Notes under the pieces: model-generated
What the model was told of the DNA's origin: nothing
Seen by the model: the letters and a program-made list of their open reading frames with translations, nothing else
Databases searched by the model: none
Position numbers and translations under genes: made by a program
DNA from: Ginkgo biloba
Lineage: Eukaryota > Plantae > Ginkgophyta
NCBI GenBank assembly: GCA_024626585.2
Contig: JANKJI020000002.1
Span: 96,621,736 to 96,656,067, forward strand
Reading direction: 5' to 3'
Length of the DNA: 34,332 nt
Part shown: positions 9,733 through 22,151 of the stretch, piece after piece
How positions within the stretch are numbered: the first letter of the stretch is position 1
Layout: each line of letters starts with the position of its first letter

Positions 9733-10576
9733 ATGATGGAGGCAAAAAAGAAAATTTTCTTCAAGCGAATTGAGGTGATTCCAATCCAGGACACAAAACT
9801 AGAGGAAGTCTATGAAGAATTGTAGGTTTTACATGAGAGGACCTTGATTGGTAAGTTCACAAGAGCTTGGCCTAATCCAAATGCCATAAGAAACTGGGTT
9901 GATTATCATTGGACCTCACTTGTTCATGGACAAATAGATATTGAATTAGTGGGATGAGGATTTTTCTTGGAAACTTTTGAATCAGTTGAAGAGTGTGAAA
10001 CTATTTTTTACAAAGGCCTTTGGTCTTTAGGTCGTAATGGGATTTATTTAAAGCATTAGCATCTTAATTTTGACCCCACTGAGGAAGTACCTAAAGAAAT
10101 ATTCATTTGGGTTCATTGATCATTCCTTCCTAGGATTTTATTCAAGGAATAAATACTTTCAAGCATTGGTAATCAAATAGGATAGTATGTTAAGATGGAA
10201 GATCCTCCTAAATCCATTTGTTCACTTGCCTAAATCTGCGTCAAGATTGATCCATAAATTGGACTTCAAAAAGTTGTTAAATTTAATGTCAAGACAAATG
10301 CAAGTGCATATATAGTCATGCAAAAGGTAGATTATGAGAGTATCCCATCCAACTACCTAAAATGTCATGAATGCGGCTATTTTGCCAAGCATTGTCCAAA
10401 AACTCCTCTGCCAAATAAATCAAACACCTTTAGATGTTGATAGATTCTAGTAAGCAAAAAATGTAGACTTCATAAAAAGAATAAACCACCAGCCCAAAAT
10501 TAAGGATAGAATAAGATTGGTATTAAAGGATCTAACTCAAATCATTTTGAAGTTGTGACAAAACACTCAGAAGAAG
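9733..10576 (+). mobile_element. Decayed L1-type LINE ORF1 (DUF4283 + CX2CX4HX4C zinc knuckle), truncated by a gap
   Basis: Single frame: TLIGKFTRAWPNPNAIRNWVDYHW...G*GFFLETF...GLWSLGRNGIYLKH*HLNFDP...IWVH...ILSSIGNQIG...A*ICVKID...QKVDYESIPSNYLKCHECGYFAKHCPK. Many premature stops. Confidence 0.93.
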
Positions 10577-11397
10577 NNNNNNNNNNNNNNNNNNNNNNNN
10601 NNNNNNNNNNNNNNNNNNNNNNNNNNNNNNNNNNNNNNNNNNNNNNNNNNNNNNNNNNNNNNNNNNNNNNNNNNNNATTCAATAATAAAATTAAAAATCA
10701 ATAGAATTATTAGGAAATTAAATATATTTTAAAAATACAAATAAATTAATCATATCATCCTTATAGATGATTAATCATTATATTAAATGTATTAAAAAAT
10801 CTACATACATCAATTCGTTTCCATACTTTCCATGGGTATGGCCAATGTGTCATGCAAATATGTGTTTGCCTCCTTTCACCACTTGATATTCTCTTTACAT
10901 TGTATCTCTTGATAACCTACATTATGACATACATTATCTCATTCATCAAATCCATCAAAATATTTTAAATATTGGTTCTTATTACTTTACTTATCCAATG
11001 AACATTGAGAAAAGTCTCTGGGAATTGGCCATGCATTAAATTCTTATGGAGTTCCACCTCATATAGGCTACAATGCATAACCCCAACAATATTGGTGGAT
11101 GAAGTAGGAGCCTTAAATCATCTTGGGAGGTTGTCTCGCTATGGTTTGTTTTTTGCAAAACACAATATTTAGTATCCAACCATGTGTAGTTTTCTCAATA
11201 AATAATTTAATAAATTTTACTTTTGAAATATGTAGGAGAAAGTTAAGGAATTCAAGTTGATTTCCTTAGGAAATAAGAGTTATATTACTAAATTTACATG
11301 TGAGGAATATATGTTACATATAAGTGAATCTTGAAGTACTTATAGCCTCATATCCATATGTTAGAAATGAAAAGAACAGTGTAAATGATAGGGGAAG

Positions 11398-11476
11398 ATT
11401 GTTTACTATATGGTTTCTCTTTTTATATTAGACATATTGTTTACTATATGGTTTCTATTTTTATATTAGAAATATT
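11398..11476 (+). repeat. 38-bp tandem duplication (2 copies)
   Basis: attgtttactatatggtttct.tttttatattaga starts at 11398 and 11436. Confidence 0.92.
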
Positions 11477-12499
11477 AGCGAGAGTTGTATTTATCTTCAA
11501 TCCTTAATGGAGAGAGATGTAAGGTATAAATATTAGTGTATAGAGGATGTTATTTAACCTCTTAGGGAAATCAAATATAACTTAGAATATGTATTTTTTA
11601 GTTAAATCTTTCTTGTAATATTTTAGTAGTGTCAATTGCATATTCTTAGTGGTTGTTGGGATGCATGGACATCCATTTTTTATTTTAGGAACTAGTTTTA
11701 TCAAAGTTAGTAAATTCATGTTTTGTGATATGAAAGATAAGTTTCCTCAAAGAGATTAACTTTTATTGATATAAAAGTAATAAATATTTATTTTAGTTGA
11801 CATGAGAATTGTATCTCTGTGGCTTCAATAGTATTATATCATTTCCTGCCACCCCCTCATTAATGAGGAGAAAATATTATGNNNNNNNNNNNNNNNNNNN
11901 NNNNNNNNNNNNNNNNNNNNNNNNNNNNNNNNNNNNNNNNNNNNNNNNNNNNNNNNNNNNNNNNNNNNNNNNNNNNNNNNNTATAAAGGGGAATGTGCCC
12001 TAAAAATTAGCCAATAATGGTATACATAATAATTATTTTTGCAATAAATAGTACGTTGTCTCTATTTAGGAAAATATTAATTGACTTACCTATTACTCTA
12101 GCATCTTTAACCTGTTGTGCTAATGTGTGTAGTAGTGATAGAAATGATAGTGTTTATTTTCTATGGACTGCTTCAAGATAGGTAACAAGGGTNNNNNNNN
12201 NNNNNNNNNNNCGAATATTTATATTTAGTATTAATATGTAGAGATGGTTTACTTATAATTTGAATTATTTTTATTTTTATTTATTATTGAAAAATATTAG
12301 TGATATATATAGATATGATTTGACTAATATCCATTATATAATGATTTGATTTACATTTATTATAAAAATTTATTATGTGATTGATTTGATTTATATAATA
12401 TTTTATAATTGATATGAGAAAGTGGACGGTCAATCGTACATTTTATTTTTTAGTATACAGTATAGGTAAAAGAATACACTAAATAACTAATATACACTA

Positions 12500-13281
12500 A
12501 TAGGTTGAGAGTTAAGAAACCAAATCATCTTTAGTGTTATAAGGTATTAATAGAACTTTCCATGCTTATATGAGTATTTTCCTTTAGTAGGGAAATGTAT
12601 TATATTCAATTGAGTTGTTTGTATTTATTTTTACTTATTAATTGAATTTGAAGTCATTATTATTCATCATAAGAATGTATTTACTTAAACATCTCTAATT
12701 GTTATATTTACAATGTATTAGAAGAATCTATGAATCAAGCATTGAATGTTAGTCCTATTTTAAGGAATTTAACCTCATCTTCTTATCTAAGTTATCCAAC
12801 TATCCTTTTATTTTTTCGTTGAAGGAGTCATTAGGGTTCTAATTTACTTTGTCTTCTATATGTTTGAATGGGTTAATTTGTCCTTCATGATTAAATATGA
12901 TTGTCTCTTATAATTCCAACTTCCCTAGATGATCTTTACACACTTGATAAGATGATTATGTGTTGGAATTTTAAATTATCAAGAGGATCTCTACACATTC
13001 AATTTTCCAAGGCCATTTGATAGTGGTTTGGCTACAAATAAATATGTCCAATATTCACATGGTCAATGAACTTCTTTATTAATTTTTCATTATTTTGAGG
13101 ATTAATTATACTTAACCTTGTAAGTCCTTTATCAGTTTAAAACCATTTTTAAAACTACTTTTAATTCTAGAACTAGTGTTAAATGTCTTCTTAATCACTA
13201 CCCTACATATTGCATTTATATGGTCCTTCCCATTCTAGTTTGACCCTTTTTCCATATACTAAATGATGTAGGGGCATTACA
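12500..13281 (-). mobile_element. Possible LTR remnant
   Basis: The minus strand begins tgtaatgcccctac at 13281, a TGTAA-type LTR terminus. The left boundary is a guess. Confidence 0.25.
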
Positions 13282-13867
13282 GGTAAAATTTCTCTATTTT
13301 TATATTAAGGATGAAATTCTATAATTATGATATGGATCCAAATTCTTTATTGGTAGCCAAAAAAATTTTGTTTTCTCACCAAACATCCTAAAATGGGACT
13401 ATTTCCTTAACTTTTAAGTTTAAAAATTAAATTTATCATAGTTGATAACTTTAAGAACTTGAGTTTGAAGTTCCTGCCCCATGCATGGATAGTGGTAGAT
13501 GGATAAGATGAGGTCTTAAAAAGGGTAGGTAGAGGTCTAAAAGATAGGTTGGAGCCAACCTTCAACTAAGCGCTCTTTGTCTTGAGCCTGCGTGTCATGC
13601 TTAGAACAAGTCATTTAAGCATAAAACATGTTCTGACAAGAAATCGACTTGTAGTAGTTGGNNNNNNNNNNNNNNNNNNNNNNNNNNNNNNNNNNNNNNN
13701 NNNNNNNNNNCCGTACAAGTCATTAGGGCATCTTGTGTCATGTTTTTTAGTGCCCTACTTTATGATTCCAATGACTTGGATAAGAAGCAAATTTTAATGA
13801 CTTTATTATTGATTCTTGGCCTTGTTACTTTATTACGAAGTAGCTAGAGCATTTGTATTGTTGCCCT

Positions 13868-14120
13868 ATTGTATACCGAAGTATGTCCTTATATTTCTAA
13901 CGTCTCTCTACTGAATTGCTGGCCTTAAGAAGTAGTTGAAGCTTCCTTACTGCTGCCCTGTTGTAGGCCGAAGGCTATCTCTATTTTTCTAGTAAATTTC
14001 TGAGGCCTTATTGATGGCCGAACTTTGACCCTACTCCTTTTTTGTAGGCCGAACCTTCCTGAAGGCTTGTGGCCCTCTTACAATTGTCCAACAAACCCTC
14101 TTTTTGTAGGTCGAGTCCTT
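13868..14120 (+). repeat. Degenerate subrepeat cluster with core ttgtaggccgaa (~5 copies), probably LTR/TE-internal
   Basis: ttgtataccgaa, ttgtaggccgaa, ttgatggccgaa, ttgtaggccgaa and ttgtaggtcgag occur at irregular spacing. Confidence 0.6.
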
Positions 14121-14789
14121 CTAGGATCTATCGAACTGTTGCTTACAAGTTATTGTGCCAAAGTTTTGCATAAGAGCTGAGGGAAAGNNNNNNNNNNNNN
14201 NNNNNNNNNNNNNNNNNNNNNNNNNNNNNNNNNNNNNNNNNNNNNNNNNNNNNNNNNNNNNNNNNNNNNNNNNNNNNNNNNNNNNNNAGATATAGAGTTT
14301 TGATAGAGTTTGTAGGTAGAGAGTGGTTTGGTGGTAGATTTGTGATAGCATATATAGGAAGAGAAAGTGGTTTGGTTCTTTACAAGAAGGTGGTTTGTTT
14401 ATGAATTTTATTTGGAAAATTATAATAAAAGATTTAATTTTAATTATTTGTACATGTTTTATTTATAGAGTAAGTGAATTTTATTCACCTTTTCACACAT
14501 ATATAGTGTGGTTTCTTTATGCCTTCCACTTGCATCACCAAAATTCCTATGTAGAGTTAAATGAACACAATTATTTTTAATGTTGATCTATTTTTCTAGT
14601 AGATCATGAATTTTCTTAATAAGATTTAATATTCACACAATGATGTGTCATATACTGATGTTTTAAACATTTTGTGCATTTATATAGTATAAGATAAAAT
14701 GCATTTTTCTAACCCTTTTATTCCAAGTTTAGAAGTATTGAAGTTGTAGCTTCCTTCCATTTCATGAATGCACACTAGATTCATCTATC

Positions 14790-15398
14790 ACTATGGAATA
14801 TATTATTATAAGATTGGTTGTCTTGTACCAACGTGACTGGGGAGAACAACTTTTAGAGGTAGTCTAGGCATACTGAATTGCATGGAAAAATGTGACTGGA
14901 TTCACACCATTCTAGCTGGTGTACGAAAAATCCATGGTCATGCCTATTGAACTCAAAATCAAAACCTTTAGAATGGCACAACAATTGGGGTTATCTCTTG
15001 ATGACACACAACGTGCCTACCTAGAACAAATACACCAACTGGACAAATTTAGGCAAGAAGCAACATAGTGAACAGATTTGGTCTAAAGTTAAAGGAAATA
15101 ATGGCATGATAGACATCTGCAAATTAAGGAATTTATACCTTGAGATTGGGCTTTACTTTATGATTCACGCTACAACAATTTTCTAGGAAAGTTTCAAATT
15201 TGCTGGATGGGCCCTTACCACATCAGGCAAGTTTTTTCTAATGGCATTGTACTATTAGAAACTATTGATGATAGTGGCACTACATTTCTGGTTAACGACT
15301 ATTGTCTGCGGGCATACAAGAAGCCAGTCACTAGAGAGCAGTTTGTACAGCGGATGGTCTAAGAACCCGATTTACAGGTTCTAGATCAAACCTATTAG
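14790..15398 (+). mobile_element. Decayed Ty3/gypsy (Athila/Tat-like, non-chromovirus) integrase C-terminal half
   Basis: RDWGEQLLEVV*AY*IAWKNVTGFTPF*LVY...MPIEL...WHDRHL...DWALLYDSR...GKFQICWMGPYHIRQVFSNG...VNDYCLRAY. GPY/F motif at 15210-15218. Confidence 0.93.
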
Positions 15399-16095
15399 AG
15401 CTATCCATAATAATCCAGTAAGTGTGTGTTTGTGTGGGATGGGTTCGTGCGTATTTTTCCATCAAAACTGTATAATTTTCATATCCATATCGACAGATAA
15501 TTATCCGATATCAATCATACCAGTTGCTCCATATATTAGTTACAAGAGATACTAGTCACCTTAACTGAAATACCAGTCACCTTACATATTGATCATTTAT
15601 AACTATGTACCTAAGTACATATCTATCACTCACTTGTAATTAGATAGTCGTCACTCACAACGTAACCAATAGTCATCGCGCCTTCATCTAGTGATGATAG
15701 TTTGGCACATCCACCACCTATCACCCTAACAATGATCATTTAGATAGTTGTCATTTCAAGTGATCACATTTTTTTTTTCACATGTTCTTTTATATCCCAC
15801 CATCAACTTTGCACATGCTTATTGCTTCTTGATATCTATCCTTTTCGCATTAATATGACATAACTAACTGACATCCCTTGATCTCTCATCATTCCAAAAT
15901 TACACCATGATTTTTCACCATTATATTAGATGAGATCTTTGATCATTACTTTCCTTCCCCTTCCATCCTGTCCCTCTCCCATGTTGAATCATATCTCTAC
16001 GGACACCTTACTTGGTTGCATTTCGACGGAGCTCAATACTCAGCCAAGGGGGGCAATAATCACCTAAGTGATTGCAGAAATTGAGTCGCAATAGA

Positions 16096-16467
16096 ATGTC
16101 GACCTCCAGCGAGTCTTTAGAATCGATTGGTGCAAAGAAAGTGGAGATTGTTGAGGGGGGTAGAAAGAAAGGCAGGATAGGGAAGAGGTTGTAGACTTTG
16201 CACCAGAGGAAAGAAATGCTAGAAGAAGTCCTGATTAGCCAGTGAGAGATGAATGTCAGGAAGGAGAAAATAGATGTGGTTCTATCCTTATTTACTAAAG
16301 AACCTAAGGTGAAGGCCATTTACTAGGATATTAGGCTTGAATACATCTGCTTAAATTGTGGACATTTTGATCTCGAATTAGTTGAAAAATTTATGAAAAG
16401 GTTTAAGGATGGAAAAACTTGGGTCAAGAAAAATAAGATAGCGGTTACCAAGGAACTAATAGCTAGG
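16096..16467 (+). mobile_element. Decayed extra 3' ORF of the retroelement (env-like position)
   Basis: ATG at 16096, one frame to the gap with 3 stops: MSTSSESLES...GHFDLELVEKFMKRFKDGKTWVKKNKIAVTKELIAR. Same strand as the integrase, ~700 nt downstream of it, with no gap in between. Confidence 0.55.
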
Positions 16468-16567
16468 NNNNNNNNNNNNNNNNNNNNNNNNNNNNNNNNN
16501 NNNNNNNNNNNNNNNNNNNNNNNNNNNNNNNNNNNNNNNNNNNNNNNNNNNNNNNNNNNNNNNNNNN

Positions 16568-17470
16568 CATGCTTAAGGTTATGGTGAAGACCTCCAACAA
16601 ATTTCAATATCATCTTGTTGATTGAATCCTTGATGTCCAACCGAATCACAAGATCTTTATATTGCTCATAATAATCTTCAAGACTCTACCCTTGTCTTTT
16701 TTTTAGATGAATCTGCTTCAAAAATAGCTCATCCTCATAACCAAGAGGATAAAAGTTCTACCTTGGCTCCTTTTGAAAATAAATCCATGAAGAAATAAGA
16801 AGTTNNNNNNNNNNNNNNNNNNNNNGAAGTTTCCCTTCTCAAACTCTGGCTTTGCAAAAAGACTCCTGCCATAGAAGAGCCTTCCTACTCATATTCAATT
16901 TGGCAAAAGCTATTCTTTACTCATTTGTGTACGCCTGACAAGAGAAATACATCTCCAATGCTTGGATCCAAGTCTCCAAAAACTCAAGATTCATTCTTCC
17001 ATCAAACACCTTTATATATACCTTCGACTATACCTAAAATGGGTTATGTGCCATAGATCCTTGTGTAGATGAAGATCCTAAAAGATGAGGTATGGTATTT
17101 TGTGAGGGGAAAGTCACATTAGAAGGAGGAGGATTTGGTTATTATTGCACCAATGAAGATATGATTTCCATAGATGCACTCAATGTGGACACTTGGGTTT
17201 GCATATACTAGAAGGTTAATTACTCTTCCCATTGCTTGTTAGCTCTCTTTCTTCTCCTTCCTTATATTTCTCATTGCCTTCTTCAATCTGTCCATATCTG
17301 AGTCATAGGAACCCTCTTCACTCCTCTCATCTCCACTAAGCTCGTCCTCTTCTTCTTCTTGGTCGATATTAGTTTCCAAAAGGACTTTTGGGAGCCTCTT
17401 CCTTTTCTTCCTTGCCTTCCTATATCTCTACACCTTGGCCTACAGTCCTTGATGCACCTCTAGTGGATAC
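16568..17470 (-). mobile_element. Decayed Ty3/gypsy gag (Retrotrans_gag)
   Basis: Minus strand: FDGRMNLEFLETWIQALEMYFSCQAYTNE*RIAFAKLNMSRKALLWQES...NFYPLGYEDELFLK...RQG*SLEDY...LKFVGGLHHNLKH. The upstream limit is approximate. Confidence 0.88.
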
Positions 17471-17587
17471 CATATAGAAGAAAAATAAATTTTGGAAAAT
17501 GAACAAAAATGGCAATAAGGAGTCCCTCACAAGGTTCAAACCTTCCATGGCTAAGTTATTCCAATCAAACTCTGACACTTATTGTAA

Positions 17588-17760
17588 GCGATCCAACTTA
17601 CAAATGCAAGCCAACCAATGTGCTAATAAGCTATCTCCCAATCCTATTAAGGACAATCCAACTTACTATAAGCAATCCAACCAATGTACCAATAGCGAGC
17701 TATTCTCTCAATGTGGGCAATCCAACTTACCTAGGCAAGCAACCAAATGTGCCACTAAGA
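17588..17760 (+). repeat. ~65-bp degenerate tandem repeat (about 3 copies), probably inside the 5' LTR of the minus-strand gypsy element
   Basis: atccaacttac recurs at 17591, 17656 and 17720, each followed by caacca(a)atgt. Confidence 0.8.
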
Positions 17761-18292
17761 GAAAAGAGAACGAATAATAATAAAGTCAAGACCTTACTCA
17801 TACAAAATGATTTATCCTCTTGGTGTTAGAGGTTTTATCAATATGTTGCAAAAGTGATTTGATCAAACTCCAAGGAGATAATCTCTTTCCGTCAATTGCA
17901 TTCTCTTCAAAATGATAAAAAGCTAGTTTTTTGTGAAATTTTAGGGCCTAACTATGCATAGTTTTTTAGAAAATTAATATTATATTTATGTTCACTCTTC
18001 GGGCCTTGATTGTGTTAGTGCATGCTCCTAGGTGCACAAATGAATGATACCGTGGTTCTGTGATGCATAAATATGGTACATAAATATTTTTTTAGAATGA
18101 AAAATTTAACTTTAGAATGATGCATGGCCTACACGAAGCTCGAGATCTATTGAATACTTGCCATGTAATATTGTCACAATCACCTATAAAGANNNNNNNN
18201 NNNNNNNNNNNNNNNNNNNNNNNNNNNNNNNNNNNNNNNNNNNNNNNNNNNNNNNNNNNNNNNNNNNNNNNNNNNNNNNNNNNNNNNNNNNN

Positions 18293-18672
18293 TTATTCCC
18301 CGAGAGGGTTTCTCCAGTTCAAAAAAAATCCTGTGTTCATCTTTCCATAGTGTGTGCATACTTCCATGTGGTTCAGTTGTATTTTCGTTGCCGCTAGCGT
18401 GTGTCGGTTGTCCTTAGTGTGGGTGGTGTGCGACGTTGGAGAAAAGATCCTGTGCAGCCAAGTGTGGAGGGCGATCGGCCAGCCTCTCTCCCCGCCTGCT
18501 CTGCGTTAGAATATACCTTCCCTTGGTTGGGTCATTTCAACTCGCTAAGGACTAGGAAAGTGCTGCAATACACTTTACCTTCACCACGGTGGCCGAAATT
18601 AATTTGGCGCCATAAATACTCATACCTACCTCATCTTTGCACCTGTTGTAAATGAGTATGGGCTAGCACGAC
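18293..18672. other. CpG-rich segment with an LTR-U5-like start
   Basis: About 16 CpGs in ~380 bp in an otherwise CpG-poor window. Begins ttccccgagagggtttctccag...aaatcctgtgtt, a motif type common near plant LTR 3' ends. Confidence 0.35.
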
Positions 18673-21229
18673 ACACAAGATCAATAATGATTGCATATTC
18701 TCTTTGGGAAATGAAATATTTCCTTTGAATTGAACCGTTAGGCCATTATGAGGAGAATGACTACCCTCCACATCTACTCTGCTACTAATGGAAGAAGTAG
18801 CCAAATCGCTAATGTGGTGAGGTTGAGAGTTGGGTAGCAATGTCCATTAATGTTTGGATTTTCTATGCATTGTCATCACTTGGAGGTGCTAGGGTGGCTG
18901 AGTGAGCATGTCAGTTAGGGTATAAGAGCAAATTTCAATAGAGTTTGTGCTCATTTGTGCATGTTGAACGAAGTCATATAGTGAGAGTAAGTTAGAGCAA
19001 ACAATAACACAGTCCAGGCTAGTTTTAGGCCTTTAAGCTTGAGAAGGTGGCAATTATTGTTAAAGAATCTACAACCATGGTGACTTTCTAGATGCATGAA
19101 GTGGTTGAGGATGATTTGAGCCTCTAGGCTGGCAAATGGTAGAATTTCGTCTCTCAAGTTGATGGCAAGCATGGTGAAGAATATTAGTGGCTCAAGTTAG
19201 TCGGGTTGGTGGATGTGGTAGAAATGTTGATAGTTTACTTGGACTAGCCAACCTTTGTTTGGATTTTAAGGATTTGTACATTAGTGAAATGAAGCTCTCC
19301 TTCAATGAGAAACACATTTTGACCCTCTTATGACTTCTAAATTATGGTAAGGTGGTAGACCCTTGAATTGAGGGTAAGAATACAAACACGTATAAGATAT
19401 ATGAGGTATTATATCTAGGAAAATTTAAGTCATACATATTTAGTAGATCCAATGATTTTACTATTTTAGAAATTACCAACCTAGATGGCTTGTGGATTGA
19501 TCAGATTCTAGCTAAAAGTTTATCTTATAGGGAAATCATTATTTACCTAATTTTTCAATGGATGGTTCTAGTAATATAGTTGGAAATAAAACAAGTGTTC
19601 AACTAAATGCAATGGTATGATGATAGGCTCAATTAATTTTTCACTTCACCAAGTAAACTGATAGATATTTTCTAATGCCATAAACCATTTACTTATTGGT
19701 CACAAAGATGCTTGAAAAAATAAACTATATTGATCCTAATGTGATGCTTAGATATCGAGCCTATATTACATTTAATTGATATCTATAATATTTTGATGAT
19801 GATGAGATAACTTTAATAACCTCCTTTAAGAATATTTATTTTACCTACCTATAGTCCCTAAATGATGGGGATGATTGGTCAACTACATTACCTAATTATG
19901 TTAAATACCAATAGAATGAAGTGGATTGGGAGGATGTCATATATAAGAATAACTTCTCCTTAAAGAGATGACTAGAAAACAAATAGTTTATGAATTTCTA
20001 AACACATGATGGTGAGATTAAGGATAACATTACTAGCATGAAGAAATTTATTCTAGAACATAACCCCAGATTACATGCCTCAATAGTGTCCATTCAAGTA
20101 TTTGATATCTAAAATTCATTAATCTATCATGTTGAATAATAGTTGTGTCTCTATCACCTAATTCATGCTGACTAATCAGATCCAAACTCTATAATTTTGG
20201 ATTATACTTCATGGGGTATCCAATTCTGTCGATTAATTTANNNNNNNNNNNNNNNNNNNNNNNNNNNNNNNNNNNNNNNNNNNNNNNNNNNNNNNNNNNN
20301 NNNNNNNNNNNNNNNNNNNNNNNNNNNNNNNNNNNNNNNTGATCTTGGTGTTAGGAGCACACTCGATGTAACCCCAACTAATAAGAGGCTGACCAATCAC
20401 CTTAGGAGTAGCAAGTGTTGGGTTAAATTCTCAACAAAATATCATATCAACTTATCCTATAAGTAATTCATCTCTCAATATCCCTTCTTAATGAGTTTTG
20501 ACTTAAGATATACTAGTGATTAGAGTACCTTTTATAGTAGGTACAATACCAATAATCAGTACAATGTCTATGATAAGGGTATTCTTAGCATCNNNNNNNN
20601 NNNNNNNNNNNNNNNNNNNNNNNNAAAGTGTGTAGGTGGTTTAACTTTGTTGGTATTATGGGTCTCTTAGGATTAGTGGCTACCTAGTTTTAAAGTGAGG
20701 GTAGTATGAGTAGGAATTAACCTCACTAAGATGGATTCAAGTTGGACAACATTATTAAAAAATCTTAAAGAGTAATGGAAGGGTCAATTTTAGCCTACCT
20801 AAGAGATTGTCAAGGGGTCAATCACTACTTAGAAAACCAATGATANNNNNNNNNNNNNNNNNNNNNNNNNNNNNNNNNNNNNNNNNNNNNNNNNNNNNNN
20901 NNNNNNNNNNNNNNNNNNNNNNNNNNNNNNNNNNNNNNNNNNNNNNNNNNNNNNNNNNNNNNNNNNNNNNNNNNNNNNNNNNNNNNNNNNNNNNNNNNNN
21001 NNNNNNNNNNNNNNNNNNNNNNNNNNNNNNNNNNNNNNNNNNNNNNNNATCCCTATTAGCATGCATTACGACCCATAGCCTTGGCCCTAGAAGTTCAATC
21101 AAGAATAACTAAATCTTAATTATTGTCTAAGCTTAATTACTAAAAGGAATAAGTGGATATACTAAGGGATAAAATAATTACATTCTAAAAGCACAATTAC
21201 ATAGTATCTAGTAGGAAATGGATACACTA

Positions 21230-21560
21230 AAAGCACTTCTAGCTACCATGGTACAGGAGGTAAGAGATAAAATAACAGATGGTAAATATAAGATAAAGAA
21301 TTACTAAGTTGTTATAGACCTATAAGAAGTATCTCTAAGAGTTAAAATTGATGAAGTGGCTCAAATATCTTTCATGATCGTAAAAAATGCCCAAGAAATC
21401 AGAAGGAATAAGGCTAAAGAAGATTCATAATTACTTCAATCTATAGTTATAAGAGATCAAACCCAATAGTCTTAGTTAGAGGAAATCTATGCAGAAAGCC
21501 TAAACTACATTCATACTATATTCCTAGACATCAAAGTATTTGGGGGTCTTATGGGAAAAA
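21230..21560 (+). mobile_element. Very decayed possible Ty3/gypsy integrase fragment
   Basis: TSSYH...TDGK and KNAQE...RKPKLHSYY loosely follow the integrase motifs SAYHPQTDGQ and AQ...KL..RY. Frames are broken. Confidence 0.3.
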
Positions 21561-22151
21561 TAATAATATTTTTCTCCTATGTTGCAAGTTTCTTAACTAG
21601 ATATTAAGTACATGGATTATACAATACAACAAGTATCAACTTTGAGGGGTTCACAAATGTATAAGATACCAAATCAATTAATTCCTTAGTTATGTTATGG
21701 TGGTATAAAATAACTATCGTTAAGCTTCTTTCTAAACTCATTAAATAAGAGAAAATAATCAAACATGTGTTATCTTCCAAAAATGAGATAAGGACCCCCT
21801 CTTTATTAGTTGTACTTTCATCATTAATAGAATCATGTATAGTTATAGTTATTCATCTAGTAGTCTAACCATCCCTCCCAATACCATTACAATAATTTTA
21901 GCCAATATTTTAGTTACAAGTGACTATGTTCTTGTGGAAGTGTCCTAATGGTTATTACTTCTCTAACTATGGGTACCACTCAATTATATTCTCTAATTAT
22001 CATAATATTATAAATAGTACCTCGTATCATAGATACAACACCTTATTTTGCNNNNNNNNNNNNNNNNNNNNNNNNNNNNNNNNNNNNNNNNNNNNNNNNN
22101 NNNNNNNNNNNNNNNNNNNNNNNNNNNNNNNNNNNNNNNNNNNNNNNNNNN

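Noticed and set aside
12420-12466. Helitron-like 5' terminus on the - strand (cctatactgtatactaaaaaataaaa)
   Set aside because: Lacks the exact TC start, and no matching 3' hairpin-CTRR end was identified.
13868-17760. Regularly recurring motifs (ttgtaggccgaa; atccaacttac) as CRISPR-like arrays
   Set aside because: Repeats are degenerate, spacers are related to each other or irregular, there are no cas genes, and the context is eukaryotic TE sequence.
18605-18611. tggcgcc as a tRNA primer-binding site
   Set aside because: Only 7 nt match, with no adjacent LTR-terminal CA and no gag downstream.
19540-19620. FSMDGSSNIVGNKTSV, resembling the DGSS motif of a Tat-type RNase H
   Set aside because: A single short motif; the flanking RNase H motifs could not be recovered.
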